DNA of 64,000 bases from an uncultured Chloroflexia bacterium (lineage in GTDB: Bacteria; Chloroflexota; Anaerolineae; Anaerolineales; E44-bin32): contig CAVSID010000001.1 of NCBI GenBank assembly GCA_963727915.1, forward strand, positions 665,927-729,926, written 5' to 3'. Made by a program: the position numbers and the translations under genes. A model generated the notes under the pieces. The model saw nothing but the letters and a program-made list of their open reading frames with translations. It ran no database searches and was not told the DNA's origin. This document shows, piece by piece, positions 50,613 through 61,088 of this stretch. The stretch's first letter is position 1, and every line of letters starts with the position of its first letter.

Positions 50613-50628
50613 TGTGCCGTTTTTCACA
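50613..50628. promoter_or_regulatory. CRP/FNR-like palindrome TGTGC-CGTTTT-TCACA (one mismatch)
   Basis: Centre at 50620.5. Candidate -10 TATACT at 50670-50675. Confidence 0.4.
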
Positions 50629-50721
50629 ATCCCCTGGTCCGGCTTCGCATAGCACCTTCTCCCACCCGGTATACTCTTCTTGAGAGCCGTTGACGGCTCC
50701 AGCCAGCGGAAGGGAGTGCAT

Positions 50722-51411
50722 ATGGCGTTCAAAGTGACCTGGTTTGGGCATGCCGCGTTCGGTGTCGAAACCGGAGGCGAAGACCTGCTGATCGATCCTT
50801 TCCTCAGCGACAACCCATCGACCGACGTCGACCCCGACAGCCTGAACCCGGACTACATCCTCATTTCCCACGGTCACGGGGATCATGTGGGCGACGCCGT
50901 GGCCATCGCCAAGCGCAGCGGGGCGATGGTGATCAGCAATTTCGAAATCGCCAATTGGTTTGCCTCCCAGGGTGTGGATTCCCATGGCCAGCACCTGGGC
51001 GGTGGGCATCAGTGGCCCTTCGGCTATTTGAAGCTGACCCTGGCGCTGCACGGCTCTTCGATGCCCGACGGTTCCTACGGCGGGAACCCGGCGGGCTTCC
51101 TTCTCACAACCAACGCTGGGGAGAAAGTCTACTTCGCTTGTGATACGGGCCTGTTCGGAGACATGCGGTTGATTGGGGAGGAAGGCATCGATCTGGCGCT
51201 GCTGCCGATCGGCGACAACTTCACCATGGGACCCGACGATGCCGTCCGGGCGGTCAGGCTGATCCAACCCAAATACGTCATCCCGGTTCACTTTGACACT
51301 TGGGACCTCATCGCACAAGACGCCCAAGCCTGGGCCGCCCGGGTCAAGAGCGAAACCCAGGCCGAGCCCCATGTGCTCCAGCCGGGAGATAGCTTCAGCC
51401 TACCGGCCTAG
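50722..51411 (+). CDS. Metallo-beta-lactamase-fold hydrolase, UPF0173 family
   Basis: Intact. MAFKVTWFGHAAF, ILISHGHGDHVGD, LLPIGDNFTMG, VIPVHFDTW. Confidence 0.8.
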   Translation: MAFKVTWFGHAAFGVETGGEDLLIDPFLSDNPSTDVDPDSLNPDYILISHGHGDHVGDAVAIAKRSGAMVISNFEIANWFASQGVDSHGQHLGGGHQWPFGYLKLTLALHGSSMPDGSYGGNPAGFLLTTNAGEKVYFACDTGLFGDMRLIGEEGIDLALLPIGDNFTMGPDDAVRAVRLIQPKYVIPVHFDTWDLIAQDAQAWAARVKSETQAEPHVLQPGDSFSLPA

Positions 51412-51427
51412 GTCGCCTCGAGGGCGT

Positions 51428-52831
51428 TCACCCAACGAAGGGCGGCGTTTCGTCTGGCTTTGCCTGCAGAGGCAGGGCGATGGTGAAGGTTGCCCCTTGG
51501 CCTTCCCCGGGGCTTTCAGCCCAGGCGCGCCCCTGGTGCGCTTGCGCCACACCGCGAACGATTGCCAGTCCCAGCCCCATGCCCTCGTAGCGCCGTCGCA
51601 GGTGGTCTTCCACCTGGTAGAAGGGCTGGAAGATCCGCTCCAATTCATCATCTGGGATCCCGATTCCGGTGTCGCGCACCTGGAACCAGGCTTCTCCACC
51701 ACGCGATTTCAAGCTGAGCCAGATGTGCCCCCCGGATGGGGTGAAACGCATGGCGTTGTTAAGAAGGTTGGTGAGCGCCATGGCCACCTTGGGTCCGTCA
51801 ACCATAGCCTCCAGCGTGTCGTCCCAGAGCGTGACTTCCAACGCCTGACCTTTCGCCTGAATCGTTTCCCGCACCTCTTCGGAGGCCGCCCTAACCACGG
51901 ATTGCAGGGGCTGGCGCTCGAAATTCATCTCCGATGAACCAATGCGGAGCAAATTCAGGTTGGTCATGTCCTCGATCAGCGAACGCATGCGCATGGCCGA
52001 GCTCAACACGGCGTTGACGTGCTCGGCGGCTGGTTCACCCGCGTCTTCCTGCAGGATGGTTGCGTAGCCAAGAATCAGGGCCAGCGGGGTGCGTAGCTCA
52101 TGCGATGCGATCGAAATGAACTCGCTCTTGAGTCGATCGAGTTTGCCCAGCTCATCGTACGCCCGCTGAAGCGCCTCCAGCAGCCGGGCATTGTTGATCG
52201 CCACGGCCGCCTGGGAGGCCACAATCGAGAGCGTCTGCAGATCGCTCTCGTCGAAGTCCCCCTCCTGTTTGTTGACCGCCTCCAGGACTCCGATGACTGC
52301 GTCTTGGATGCGCATCGGCACACCAACCAGCGATCTTATCTGCAACTGGACCCGATCGCCCACTTCTCGGAAATGCCGCGGGTCCGTGGCCACTTCGTTG
52401 ATGATCAGGGGACGGTCATCGCGCGCGATCGTTCCGGCGATCGAGCTGTCCATGGGGACCGGGATTTTGGCCAACTCCGCCGGATCGGCGCCCGTGGTTG
52501 CCGCAAAGCGAAGGTCCTTGCTGCGTTCATCAATCAGCAGGATCGAAGCCGCTTCGCTACCCAGCAGTTCGGCGGCCGAATCGATGATGAACTGAAGCAG
52601 AGGATCGAGTTCGAGGGTGGAATTGAGGGTGACGCTGATCTCAACCAAACGTGCCAGTCGCAACACCATCTGGCGCAGGTCGTCACCGTCGGATGTGCCG
52701 CTCTGGTCCAGCATGCGTGTAGTGTATGCCAAGCCCTTGAAGTTGTCCATCCGAGCGTTGCTTAGCGGTTCGCTTTCGTTGTATACTTCACCGGCAAGCA
52801 CACTCAAAGCCCCTTCGAAGGACTCGCCCAC
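51428..52831 (-). CDS. GAF-domain sensor histidine kinase (true start probably internal, 52750 or 52714)
   Basis: Intact ORF. GAF region, H-box FISIASHELRTPLALILGY, N-box LLNNAMRFTPSGG, G-boxes DTGIGI and GMGLGLAIVRG. The maximal ORF would start 1 nt from dnaN. Confidence 0.85.
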   Translation of the reverse strand: MGESFEGALSVLAGEVYNESEPLSNARMDNFKGLAYTTRMLDQSGTSDGDDLRQMVLRLARLVEISVTLNSTLELDPLLQFIIDSAAELLGSEAASILLIDERSKDLRFAATTGADPAELAKIPVPMDSSIAGTIARDDRPLIINEVATDPRHFREVGDRVQLQIRSLVGVPMRIQDAVIGVLEAVNKQEGDFDESDLQTLSIVASQAAVAINNARLLEALQRAYDELGKLDRLKSEFISIASHELRTPLALILGYATILQEDAGEPAAEHVNAVLSSAMRMRSLIEDMTNLNLLRIGSSEMNFERQPLQSVVRAASEEVRETIQAKGQALEVTLWDDTLEAMVDGPKVAMALTNLLNNAMRFTPSGGHIWLSLKSRGGEAWFQVRDTGIGIPDDELERIFQPFYQVEDHLRRRYEGMGLGLAIVRGVAQAHQGRAWAESPGEGQGATFTIALPLQAKPDETPPFVG

Positions 52832-52832
52832 A

Positions 52833-53963
52833 ATGAAGGTCTCCTGCCTGCAAGAAAACCTGGCTCACGGCCTGAACACCGTCGCCCGGGCGGTTGCCCC
52901 GCGCAGCACGCTGCCGGTTCTGGGCAATATCCTTCTTGCTACTGACAACGGCCGCCTGCGCCTCTCGGCCACCAATCTTGAACTGGGGATAACCTGCTGG
53001 ATCGGGGCCAAAGTCGAGGAAGATGGGTCGACCACCGTGCCGGCCCGCACCTTTGTCGATTTGGTGAACACGCTCCCCAACGATCGTGTGGACATGGAAT
53101 TGTCTGTCCGCACGCAGACCCTCAGCGTGCGCTCGAAGACGTTCAACAACGAATTGAAGTGCATCGACGCTCAGGAGTTCCCGCCGCTTCCCCCGTCGGA
53201 CCTTGAGGGCGATCTCACTCTGGATGTGGCCGACCTGCGCGAGATGATCAGCCAGGTGGTCTTCGCCGCCTCCAGCGACGATGCCCGCCCCGTCTTGACC
53301 GGCGTGTTGTGCGAGGTCAATGACGGCGAGCTCTCCATGGCGGCCGCCGACGGTTTTCGCCTTTCCGTGCGTTCATCGCACCTGCCTTCGCCCGGCGTGG
53401 GACCGCTGCGGGCCATTATCCCCAGCCGCGCCCTTTCCGAGCTCGCCCGCACCGTCGGCGACGACGACACTGTCACGCTGAGCCTGCCGCCCAACAGGGG
53501 GCAGGTAATCTTTCGCACCGAGAACGTCGAACTGGTCTCCCAACTCATCGAGGGCACCTACCCTGACGTCAAGGGCATCATCCCTAATGGCTACCAGACC
53601 AGGACGGTGCTGCCGACGAGCAGCTTCCTGAAAGCCTGCAAAGCGGCCGACATCTTCGCCCGCGAGGCCGCCCATTCGGCCCGCCTGGTGATCACGCCGG
53701 GCAGCGAGCTCGAGCCCGGCACGCTTGAAATCTCGGCCACGGCCGCCGAAACAGGTTCCAACGAGACCGTGGTAGACGCCACTATCGAAGGCGATCCAGC
53801 TGAAATCGCCTTCAACGTACGCTTCCTGATCGACGTGCTGAGCGTCGTCGAGACCCCCAACGTGGCGTTGGAAACCAGCAACGCCAATGCCCCAGGCGTC
53901 ATCCGCAGCGTCGGCCGGGATGACTTCCTTCACGTCATCATGCCGATGCACCTCGGCCGCTAG
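52833..53963 (+). CDS. dnaN: DNA polymerase III beta sliding clamp
   Basis: MKVSCLQENLAHGLNTVARAVAPRSTLPVLGNILLATDNGRLRLSATNLELGI... Three-domain length (376 aa), ends HVIMPMHLGR. Confidence 0.9.
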   Translation: MKVSCLQENLAHGLNTVARAVAPRSTLPVLGNILLATDNGRLRLSATNLELGITCWIGAKVEEDGSTTVPARTFVDLVNTLPNDRVDMELSVRTQTLSVRSKTFNNELKCIDAQEFPPLPPSDLEGDLTLDVADLREMISQVVFAASSDDARPVLTGVLCEVNDGELSMAAADGFRLSVRSSHLPSPGVGPLRAIIPSRALSELARTVGDDDTVTLSLPPNRGQVIFRTENVELVSQLIEGTYPDVKGIIPNGYQTRTVLPTSSFLKACKAADIFAREAAHSARLVITPGSELEPGTLEISATAAETGSNETVVDATIEGDPAEIAFNVRFLIDVLSVVETPNVALETSNANAPGVIRSVGRDDFLHVIMPMHLGR

Positions 53964-54092
53964 GCTTCGTTTCGCGAATCCGCCACCTTTTCGCCGCAAT
54001 CCACTTTGCAGATGCACCATACGCCCGCAATCTGATACCCTTTTTGCACTCATCTCTAATGACGCCAGCCGATCGCCACGACGAGGTCAACC

Positions 54093-56426
54093 GTGAGCTC
54101 GTTTGACAGCGGATCCTTTCCTAAAGTTTTGACCTTGTACCTTGAGCTCAGCCAATACCCCATCCTGGCCGGCCGCATCCGCGAACGCATGCGTCGGGAG
54201 CTGTTCGAACGCGGCGTCATTGCGCGCAACGACTTCGAGGCCGAAGTCCGGGAAAAGGCGCTGCAGTCGCAACGCAGGGAGGGGCTTTCCGATCCTTTCG
54301 GCGAGGAACCGCCTGATGTCTGGGCAAGACGCCAGGAAATCGTCCGCGAGAACCTGACCGATTTCTATTTCGCCTACAACCTGCCCCACGAGGATTTTGA
54401 ACGTATTGTTCGCAGCGTTCTTGAAGACCGGGTTCCCTCTCAGAAAGTCGTCCTGACCTTCCACCCCGAGCTGGCGCCCTGGGATATGCTGTTCTCCCAG
54501 GGTGAGGCCTACGAGGCCCTCCCCGCCGAAGAGCGCCCACGGGTCATGCACGATCTTCGCGAAATCAAGGTGGTCCTGATCAAAGCTATGATCAGCGATC
54601 ACCTGAAGTATCTGGGGATCGCCAAGGATTGGCTGGACATCGCCGATCTCAAGCGAGTGCGCTCCCGCCGCTTGGGGCGTGGCAAGATCGGCGGCAAGGC
54701 AGCCGGCATCATCCTGGCTGATGCCGTTCTCAGGAAGATCGGCCGGCCCCGAGTTCCTCGATCACCTGAGGGTCCCTCCGTCCTGGTTCATCGGCGCCGA
54801 TGTCTTCTACCAATTCACACAGATGAACGGACTGCTGGGGTACGCCAACCAGAAATACCGGGAGGGTGACGAAATCCGCCAAGCGTACCCCGCGATCCGC
54901 GAGGCGTTCATGCAGGGCGAATTTCCAGATGAGATTGTGGACGGCCTGACCGGAATCCTCGAAGAGTCCGGCACCAGCCCGCTAATCGTCCGTTCGTCGA
55001 GCTTGCTCGAGGACTCGTTCGGGACCTCCTTCGCCGGCAAGTACGAAAGCCACTTCCTCCCCAACCAAGGGAGCGATGACGAGAACCTGAAGGCGCTCCT
55101 CAAGGCGATCGCCTCTGTCTATGGCAGCGTCTACAGTCCGGAAGCGCTCTTCTACCGTCAGCGCATGGGCCTGATCGATTACGACGAGCGGATGGCGATC
55201 CTGATCCAGGTCGTTCAGGGTCAGCACATGGGCCGGTACTTCTTGCCGGATGCCGCCGGGGTTGCCTTTTCTCGCAATCAGTTCCGCTGGAGTCCGCGCA
55301 TCGACCGCACCTCTGGTTTCTTGCGTCTTGTGTGGGGGCTTGGGACGCGCGCCGTGGAGCCCGCCGGCGGGGATTACCCTCGCCTGGTCGCGCTCAGCCA
55401 TCCCGAGCTGCGCCCGGAATCGGAGGCGGAGGAGATCCGGCGCTATTCTCAACACTTCGTCGATCTGATCGACCTCGACGGCAACCAGTATGAGACCTTG
55501 CCCGTACCCAAGGTGGTGAATGCCGGTGTGCCCAGCCTGTCACTGATCGCCCAGAGCTTACCAAGACGGCGGGCTGCATGCCCTCGCCAACCGACCGCTG
55601 GATCTCGACCCGGCGAAGATTGTGATCACATTCCAAGAGCTGCTCCGCCGCACGGCGTTTCCAGCATTGATGCGGCGGATGCTGTCGACCCTCGAAACTG
55701 CCTACCAGAATCCGGTGGATACCGAATTCGCCCTTCTGGTTCACGCAGGGGAGGGCGGAGAAGGCCCAAATCTTGACATCTGCCTGCTCCAGTGCCGACC
55801 CCAGAGCCGCCTCGAGGACGAACGGGTCCAGCTTCCCAAAGACGTCCCAGACGATCGGCGTTTGTTCTTGGTGCAGCGCATCGTCCCCGAGGGCCGCGTC
55901 TCCAACATCCGCTACGTGCTCTACGCCAGGCCCGCTGCTTGCAGGGCGCTGGACCATGATCAAAGGCTCCTGATGGCCCAGGTCATAGGCGAGATCAACC
56001 GCCGCCTGGAAGGGCAGTCCTTCGTCCTGATGGGCCCTGGGCGATGGGGAAGCGCCAACCCCGACATCGGCATTCCCGTGACCTACGCCGACATCTACAA
56101 CGCGCGGGCCATCATCGAGGTCTTCGATGGAACCGACACACCCGAGCCGTCCTATGGGACCCACTTCTTCCAGGACCTGGTCGAAGCCCGCATCTTTCCT
56201 CTGTCAATCGCCGTCGAGGATCCGGCCACGTACTTCAACCGTACCTTCTTCGAGGATTCACCCAGCGTGCTGAACGAACTGCTCCCCGATGCATCGGCCT
56301 GGTCCGATGTGTTGCAACTGATTGATATCCCCGCCGCCGCGGGGGGTGCTGCATTTGGAGTTGGTCATGGACGGCGAGGCCAACTCGGCCATGGGTTACC
56401 TCGCCGACGAGCCGGGCACCGGCTGA
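54093..56426 (+). CDS. PEP/pyruvate-binding (PPDK N-terminal-like) domain protein (about 3 apparent frameshifts)
   Basis: GRGKIGGKAAG, LIVRSSSLLEDSFGTSFAGKYES, VAFSRNQF, PVDTEFAL motifs typical of the ATP-grasp nucleotide-binding domain of PEP synthase/PPDK. Frame changes near 54740, 55560 and 56340. Confidence 0.7.
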
Positions 56427-56496
56427 GCACGGCTCAGGCGATTTCGAACACGACGGCTTGGAAATTGGCGTTTGGGAGAAAGCCGATGGCTAGCAC

Positions 56497-57192
56497 TTAG
56501 CCGCGTCCGAACCATCTCCGGTGTCGAGCCAACGGCAGCGGCACGTCCCACCCCTGATCCCCCACCAGGGGCACAAAGGCCACCGGCACCATCTCTTCTA
56601 CCGAGATTCTTTCGCCCTCTCGGGTCCAGCGCTCCAGCATTTGCCCCTGGCGGCCGCCGACCGGGACGACCAGCCGTCCGGAATCGGCCAACTGTTCCTT
56701 CAGCGCCTGCGGCGCGCTCGGCGCCGCAGCCGTCACGATGATGGCGTCGTAGGGGGCATGCTCCGGCAGGCCAAGTGAGCCGTCCCGCTCGAGGACCGTC
56801 ACGTTGGTGTACCCCAGCCGGCCAAGCACGTCGCGCGCCCGGTCCCCCAGCGTGTCCAAGCGCTCCAGCGAATATACCTGCTTCGTCAACTCGGCCAAGA
56901 TGGCGGCCTGGTAGCCCGAACCCGTGCCGATCTCCAGCACCGTGTCCGTCGGCTCCAACTCCAGAAGCTGGGTCATCAGGGCAACGATATATGGCTGCGA
57001 GATGGTCTGCGAAACCCCTATGGGCAGTGGCGCGTCGGCGTAGGCATGCTGGCGCGATTCCTCGGGGATGAATTCCTGGCGGGGGATCTTACGCATGGCA
57101 GCCAGCACGCCGGCGTCGCGAATATCGCGCAGCTCAAGCTGCTGGTGAACCATGCGTTCGCGAGCTCTGGCGAACTCGCTGTCCTCAGTCAT
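56497..57192 (-). CDS. pcm: Protein-L-isoaspartate O-methyltransferase
   Basis: Intact. QTISQPYIVALMTQLL, VLEIGTGSGYQAAILA, AIIVTAAAP. Confidence 0.9.
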   Translation of the reverse strand: MTEDSEFARARERMVHQQLELRDIRDAGVLAAMRKIPRQEFIPEESRQHAYADAPLPIGVSQTISQPYIVALMTQLLELEPTDTVLEIGTGSGYQAAILAELTKQVYSLERLDTLGDRARDVLGRLGYTNVTVLERDGSLGLPEHAPYDAIIVTAAAPSAPQALKEQLADSGRLVVPVGGRQGQMLERWTREGERISVEEMVPVAFVPLVGDQGWDVPLPLARHRRWFGRG

Positions 57193-57219
57193 GACCCCCT
57201 CATTTCACAGCACGGGCAA

Positions 57220-57870
57220 TCACCAACCGTGCGCCAGGCGCTGCTCTTTCCACACATCGGCCTGGTTGTGGTAGCCGGCCTGCTCCCAGAAGCCCAGTCG
57301 GTCTTCGCTCATGAACTCCAGTCCCCGCAGCCATTTTCCGCCCTTCCACAGATAGGGCGTCATCAGGTCCTCCCGCCCTTCGACGGCGCCGACCACGCCC
57401 CGCAAGGGGTAGCCATGATCCGGCGTCAGCGGCTGGCCCTCGAAATGTGTCGCCAAAAGGAAGTTGTCCGCCAGGGCGACATCGAGGGGGATGTTGACGG
57501 TGAAGTTGTATTCGCAATGCTGCATCACATACTTGGCCGTAGGCTTGAGAGCAAGCAGCCCCTCGTCGATCAGCGTCCGCACCGAGACACCCTCCCAAAG
57601 CGTTTCGAATTTGCTCCAACGTGTGACGCAGTGGATATCCATCTCTATCTTGGTGCGCGGCAGTGCCTGGAATTGCTCCCAGGCCAGGCTGCGCTCGCGT
57701 TCGACCTCACCCCAAAGTCGGAGCGTCCACGTCTGAGGATCGAAACCTGGAACCGGGCCGTAGTGCAGCACCGGAAACTTCTCCGTCAGCGACTGCCCGG
57801 GCGGAAGACGCCCGGCTGCTTTGAGCTGCTTCTCCCGCTCGCGGCGGCCAAGGATGCTTCCAAGCGACAA
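57220..57870 (-). CDS. Sulfite oxidase-like molybdopterin-binding oxidoreductase domain protein
   Basis: Intact 216 aa, TTG start after GGAGGTGG. FPVLHYGPVP...W.L...G.V......L....F..LP......DIHCVTRWSK...W.GV pattern. Confidence 0.75.
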   Translation of the reverse strand: MSLGSILGRREREKQLKAAGRLPPGQSLTEKFPVLHYGPVPGFDPQTWTLRLWGEVERERSLAWEQFQALPRTKIEMDIHCVTRWSKFETLWEGVSVRTLIDEGLLALKPTAKYVMQHCEYNFTVNIPLDVALADNFLLATHFEGQPLTPDHGYPLRGVVGAVEGREDLMTPYLWKGGKWLRGLEFMSEDRLGFWEQAGYHNQADVWKEQRLAHGW

Positions 57871-57999
57871 GTTCCACCTCCACTGGTTGTGCGCCCTGAT
57901 TATATATCACAGGGGGTGGCGGCCTGCTTTTCACGGGAACCATCAGCGCCCGGAGGGCGTCTGGAGATTGACAGTCCCGACAGGACCAAGGAGGCCCTG

Positions 58000-59492
58000 A
58001 TGAGACCCCATCTTCCGCTCAGACTGCTCCCTCTTGCGGCTGTTCTTACCGGCGCCTTGCTTGCGTGCGGTTGGATCACCACCGGACCGCTGCCCACGGG
58101 CACCCGTCCACCCCAAACAGCCGAAGCCGCCGACCAGGGCCTGGCCCTCACGATCTACAACCAGGGAAGCGCCCTTGTCCGTGATCGGCGCGTGTTCAAT
58201 CTCGCCTCCGGTTTGAACGAGATCGCTTTCGATGACGTGGCGGCATCGATGGACCCCACCAGCGTCCTCTTCAAGGCCCTCGATCATCCCCTGCAGGTCG
58301 GGGTCCTAGAACAGAACTTCCAATACGACCTGGTGGGCGCATCGACCCTGCTGCAGAAGTACCTCGGACAGACGATTACCGTCGTCACCCAAGACGGACA
58401 GACGACCAGCGGCAAGCTGCTTTCCGGGAGGGACTCACTCATCCTGCAGGATTCGTCCGGCCGGGTCAACGTGATCTCTTCCGGTGCCGTCCAGGGTTTC
58501 TCGTTCCCGGATCTCCCGGAGGGCTTGATCAGCAAGCCCACGCTTGCCTGGCAACTGAACTCGGACCGAAGTGGCCAGGAGGCATTCGAGCTGACCTATC
58601 TTACGGGCGGCGTGAGCTGGCAGTCGGATTATGTCGTGCTGCTCAATCCGGACGAAACGTCGATCGATCTCGACGGGTGGGTGACGTTGAACAACACCAG
58701 CGGCGCCACGTTCCGTGACGCGCTGCTCAAACTGGTGGCCGGCGATTTGCAGCGACTGCAGAACCAGGGGATGTCGGCCCCGCAGGCCGCGCTGCAAGCC
58801 GAGCGGGCTGCCACCGACCAGACTATCGATGAGCGCTCTTTCTTCGAATATCACCTGTACGAGGTGCCCCGCCCAGTAACGGTCAAGAACAATGAGACCA
58901 AGCAGGTCCAGTTTGTCAGCTGCGCACAGCGTCCCCGCTGAGAAGTTCTTCGTCTACGACGGGACTCAGTGCCGAAGTAATCCCTGGTACTGCAGCTACG
59001 CCGGCTACCCACAGACCGATCCCAGCTACGGTGTCAGTTCCAATCCCAAGGTCATGGTGATGGTCGAGTTCAACACCGAAGACGTGGACGCCGATCTGCC
59101 CAAGGGCAGGGTTCGACTCTACAAAGAAGATGTCGATGGGGCGGCATTGCTGATCGGCGAGGACTTCGATCGACCACACCCCCAAGGGCGAGCACCTGCG
59201 CCTGTACGTCGGAGATGCCTTCGATATCGTCGGCGAGCGCGTCCAGACCGACTTCACCCGGCCCAGCGAGAACCGCCTCGAAAAGTCCTACAAGATCACC
59301 TTGCGCAACCACAAGGACGAGCCGGTTGAAGTGCGCGTGGTAGAACATTTGTTCCGGTGGAGCGATTGGCGGATCTTGCGTTCATCCGACGACTACACAA
59401 AGCTCGACTCCTCCAATGTCGAGTTCCGGGTGCAGGTCCCAGCCAACGGCGAGCGCAGCGTGACCTACACCGTGCGCTATTTCTGGCCGTGA
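58000..59492 (+). CDS. DUF4139 domain-containing lipoprotein (2 apparent frameshifts)
   Basis: Lipobox LTGALLAC. LTIYNQGSALVRDRR, ELTYLTGGVSWQSDYV, WVTLNNTSGATF, FEYHLYEVPRPVT, ITLRNHKDEPVEVRVVE... Confidence 0.7.
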
Positions 59493-59545
59493 GTTTCGCC
59501 GGCGACGCGCTTTATGCCGCCGGGCGGAGTAACAAGGGCGGCCCG

Positions 59546-60011
59546 ATGGGCCGCCCTGCCCGCCGGCGGTGGTTCGCACTGGCCGCTGTGTGCCTGGCGT
59601 TGACCGGCTGCGGTATTCAAACCGGCCGACCCGAGCCCGGCTCATCCGCGCGGGCATTCTCAGGCACATTCCAAGCTGCCTGTGGCCCGACGGACGCCAC
59701 AGCGCTCCAGTTGGACCTGGTTCCAGTAGAGGGCGGTCCGGAACCGGTGGTGTCGATCAACTTGTGGGGGACCGGCCTACCCACTGGCCCACTTGTGAAA
59801 TCCTTCACAAACCTTGAGGGTGGTTCTGGTCGGTGGTGCTCCAAAGACGGCGCGTGCATCCAGGCGTCACAGCGGCACGATCTGGTTCGACACGATCGAC
59901 AACAGCCAATTCGTTACCGGGAGGCTCCGCTTATCGGCGGCATCCGGGGATCGCCAAGAAGGCATCTTCCGCGTCCAGCTGGACCGCCAGGATCCGGCCA
60001 CCTGCGGCTGA
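59546..60011 (+). CDS. Hypothetical small lipoprotein (one apparent frameshift near 59860)
   Basis: MGRPARRRWFALAAVCLALTGCG lipobox. Contains an in-frame copy of the TGTGA-N6-TCACA palindrome at 59794-59809. Confidence 0.4.
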
Positions 60012-60051
60012 CGGCTAGGCGCCGCCAATTCGGATCACTGACCGCCCGGGC

Positions 60052-60372
60052 CTAGTCACGCGGCGCCTCGAGCCGGCCAACGCGCCGGACACAGGGCCGA
60101 TCAAAGACCTCGTCGGCATGGGGCGCCTCGGGGAGCTCGCTGGTCAGGTCTTGTCCGGGGAAGTGCAGCTGCTCATGCATCCCCGTTCGCCATTTCGGGC
60201 AATCGGTCACGTCGTAGACGCTGCCCCCACAGGCGATGTACATCCGACGCCCGGCCTCGCCATCATGACGCCGCAGCTCCGTCCGGGTGACGATGCGCTC
60301 AGCCACGCACAGCCCCGGTCTTGTTGACCCCCGGTGCGGCTTGCCGTCCGCCGGCCGACCGGCGACAAGCAA
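60052..60372 (-). CDS. Cytochrome b5-like heme/steroid-binding domain protein
   Basis: ITRTELRRHDGEAGRRMYIACGGSVYDVT pattern. True start probably the internal GTG (VAERIV...). Confidence 0.6.
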   Translation of the reverse strand: MLVAGRPADGKPHRGSTRPGLCVAERIVTRTELRRHDGEAGRRMYIACGGSVYDVTDCPKWRTGMHEQLHFPGQDLTSELPEAPHADEVFDRPCVRRVGRLEAPRD

Positions 60373-60427
60373 GCGGCCCGGGGCGCTGCCCCGGACCGAT
60401 CAACCGCATAGCCACGTCGCCGCCGCC

Positions 60428-60985
60428 CTAGGAATCGTTGAATACCGGCAGATGGCCCAGGGCGTAGATCTCGGCCCAATCGGCGGGGTCCCCCTCGGTG
60501 AACACGGCCGCCTCGGCCGCAATCTCGGCCCCGGCCAAGGTCATCAGTTGGCGCATCCCATGCAACGTCGAGCCGGTGCTGACCACATCATCCACCAGAA
60601 CCACCCTGCGACCGCGCACCAGCTCCCGGTCCTTCTCATCAAGGTACAGGGTTTGCGGCTCGCCGGTGGTGATCGAGACGGTCTCCGTCTTCAGGGTCTC
60701 GCCCATATAGATCTTGAATACCTTGCGCAGGACCACGTAGCCCTTGTGCGACCTGACCGACATGGCGTGCGCCAGCGGGATGCTCTTGGCTTCGGGCGTC
60801 ACCAACAAATCAAAGGTCACCTGGCCGAGTTTCTCCAGAAGCGCCTCGGCGCTGGCCTCTACCACTTCGGTGTCCCCCAGCAGGTTAAAGACCGCAATCC
60901 GCACTCCCGGCGCCACCTCGAACAAGGGCAGCTTTCGTTCGAGCCCGGCGACCGTGACAGCGTAGGTCTCCCGATCATCCGCCAT
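60428..60985 (-). CDS. Phosphoribosyltransferase (purine/adenine PRT-like)
   Basis: Start at MADDRETY. PRPP loop VVLVDDVVSTGSTL. Confidence 0.8.
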   Translation of the reverse strand: MADDRETYAVTVAGLERKLPLFEVAPGVRIAVFNLLGDTEVVEASAEALLEKLGQVTFDLLVTPEAKSIPLAHAMSVRSHKGYVVLRKVFKIYMGETLKTETVSITTGEPQTLYLDEKDRELVRGRRVVLVDDVVSTGSTLHGMRQLMTLAGAEIAAEAAVFTEGDPADWAEIYALGHLPVFNDS

Positions 60986-61048
60986 GCTCTGCCTCCCCTT
61001 CCGTCGCACCCAAACCGAGTACCGCGCCCAACGCCCCTCGAAGGCGCC

Positions 61049-61054
61049 ATTATA
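61049..61054 (-). promoter_or_regulatory. -10 TATAAT for the phosphoribosyltransferase gene
   Basis: Minus strand reads GCGCTATAATGGCG. ~57-nt leader with GGAAGGGGAGG. Confidence 0.4.
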
Positions 61055-61088
61055 GCGCGGCCGCCACCTTTGCGCCCGGGCTACCCCG

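Noticed and set aside
57893-57913. CCCTGATTATATATCACAGGG between the divergent oxidoreductase and DUF4139 genes, as another CRP-like site.
   Set aside because: Only the TCACA half matches. The A/T core is better explained as the TATAAT -10 of the minus-strand promoter.
57046-57999. N-terminal 318 codons of the 631-aa ORF 57046-58941.
   Set aside because: Only the part from ATG 58000 (lipobox plus DUF4139 pattern) looks real. The upstream part is antisense to pcm and the molybdopterin oxidoreductase gene.
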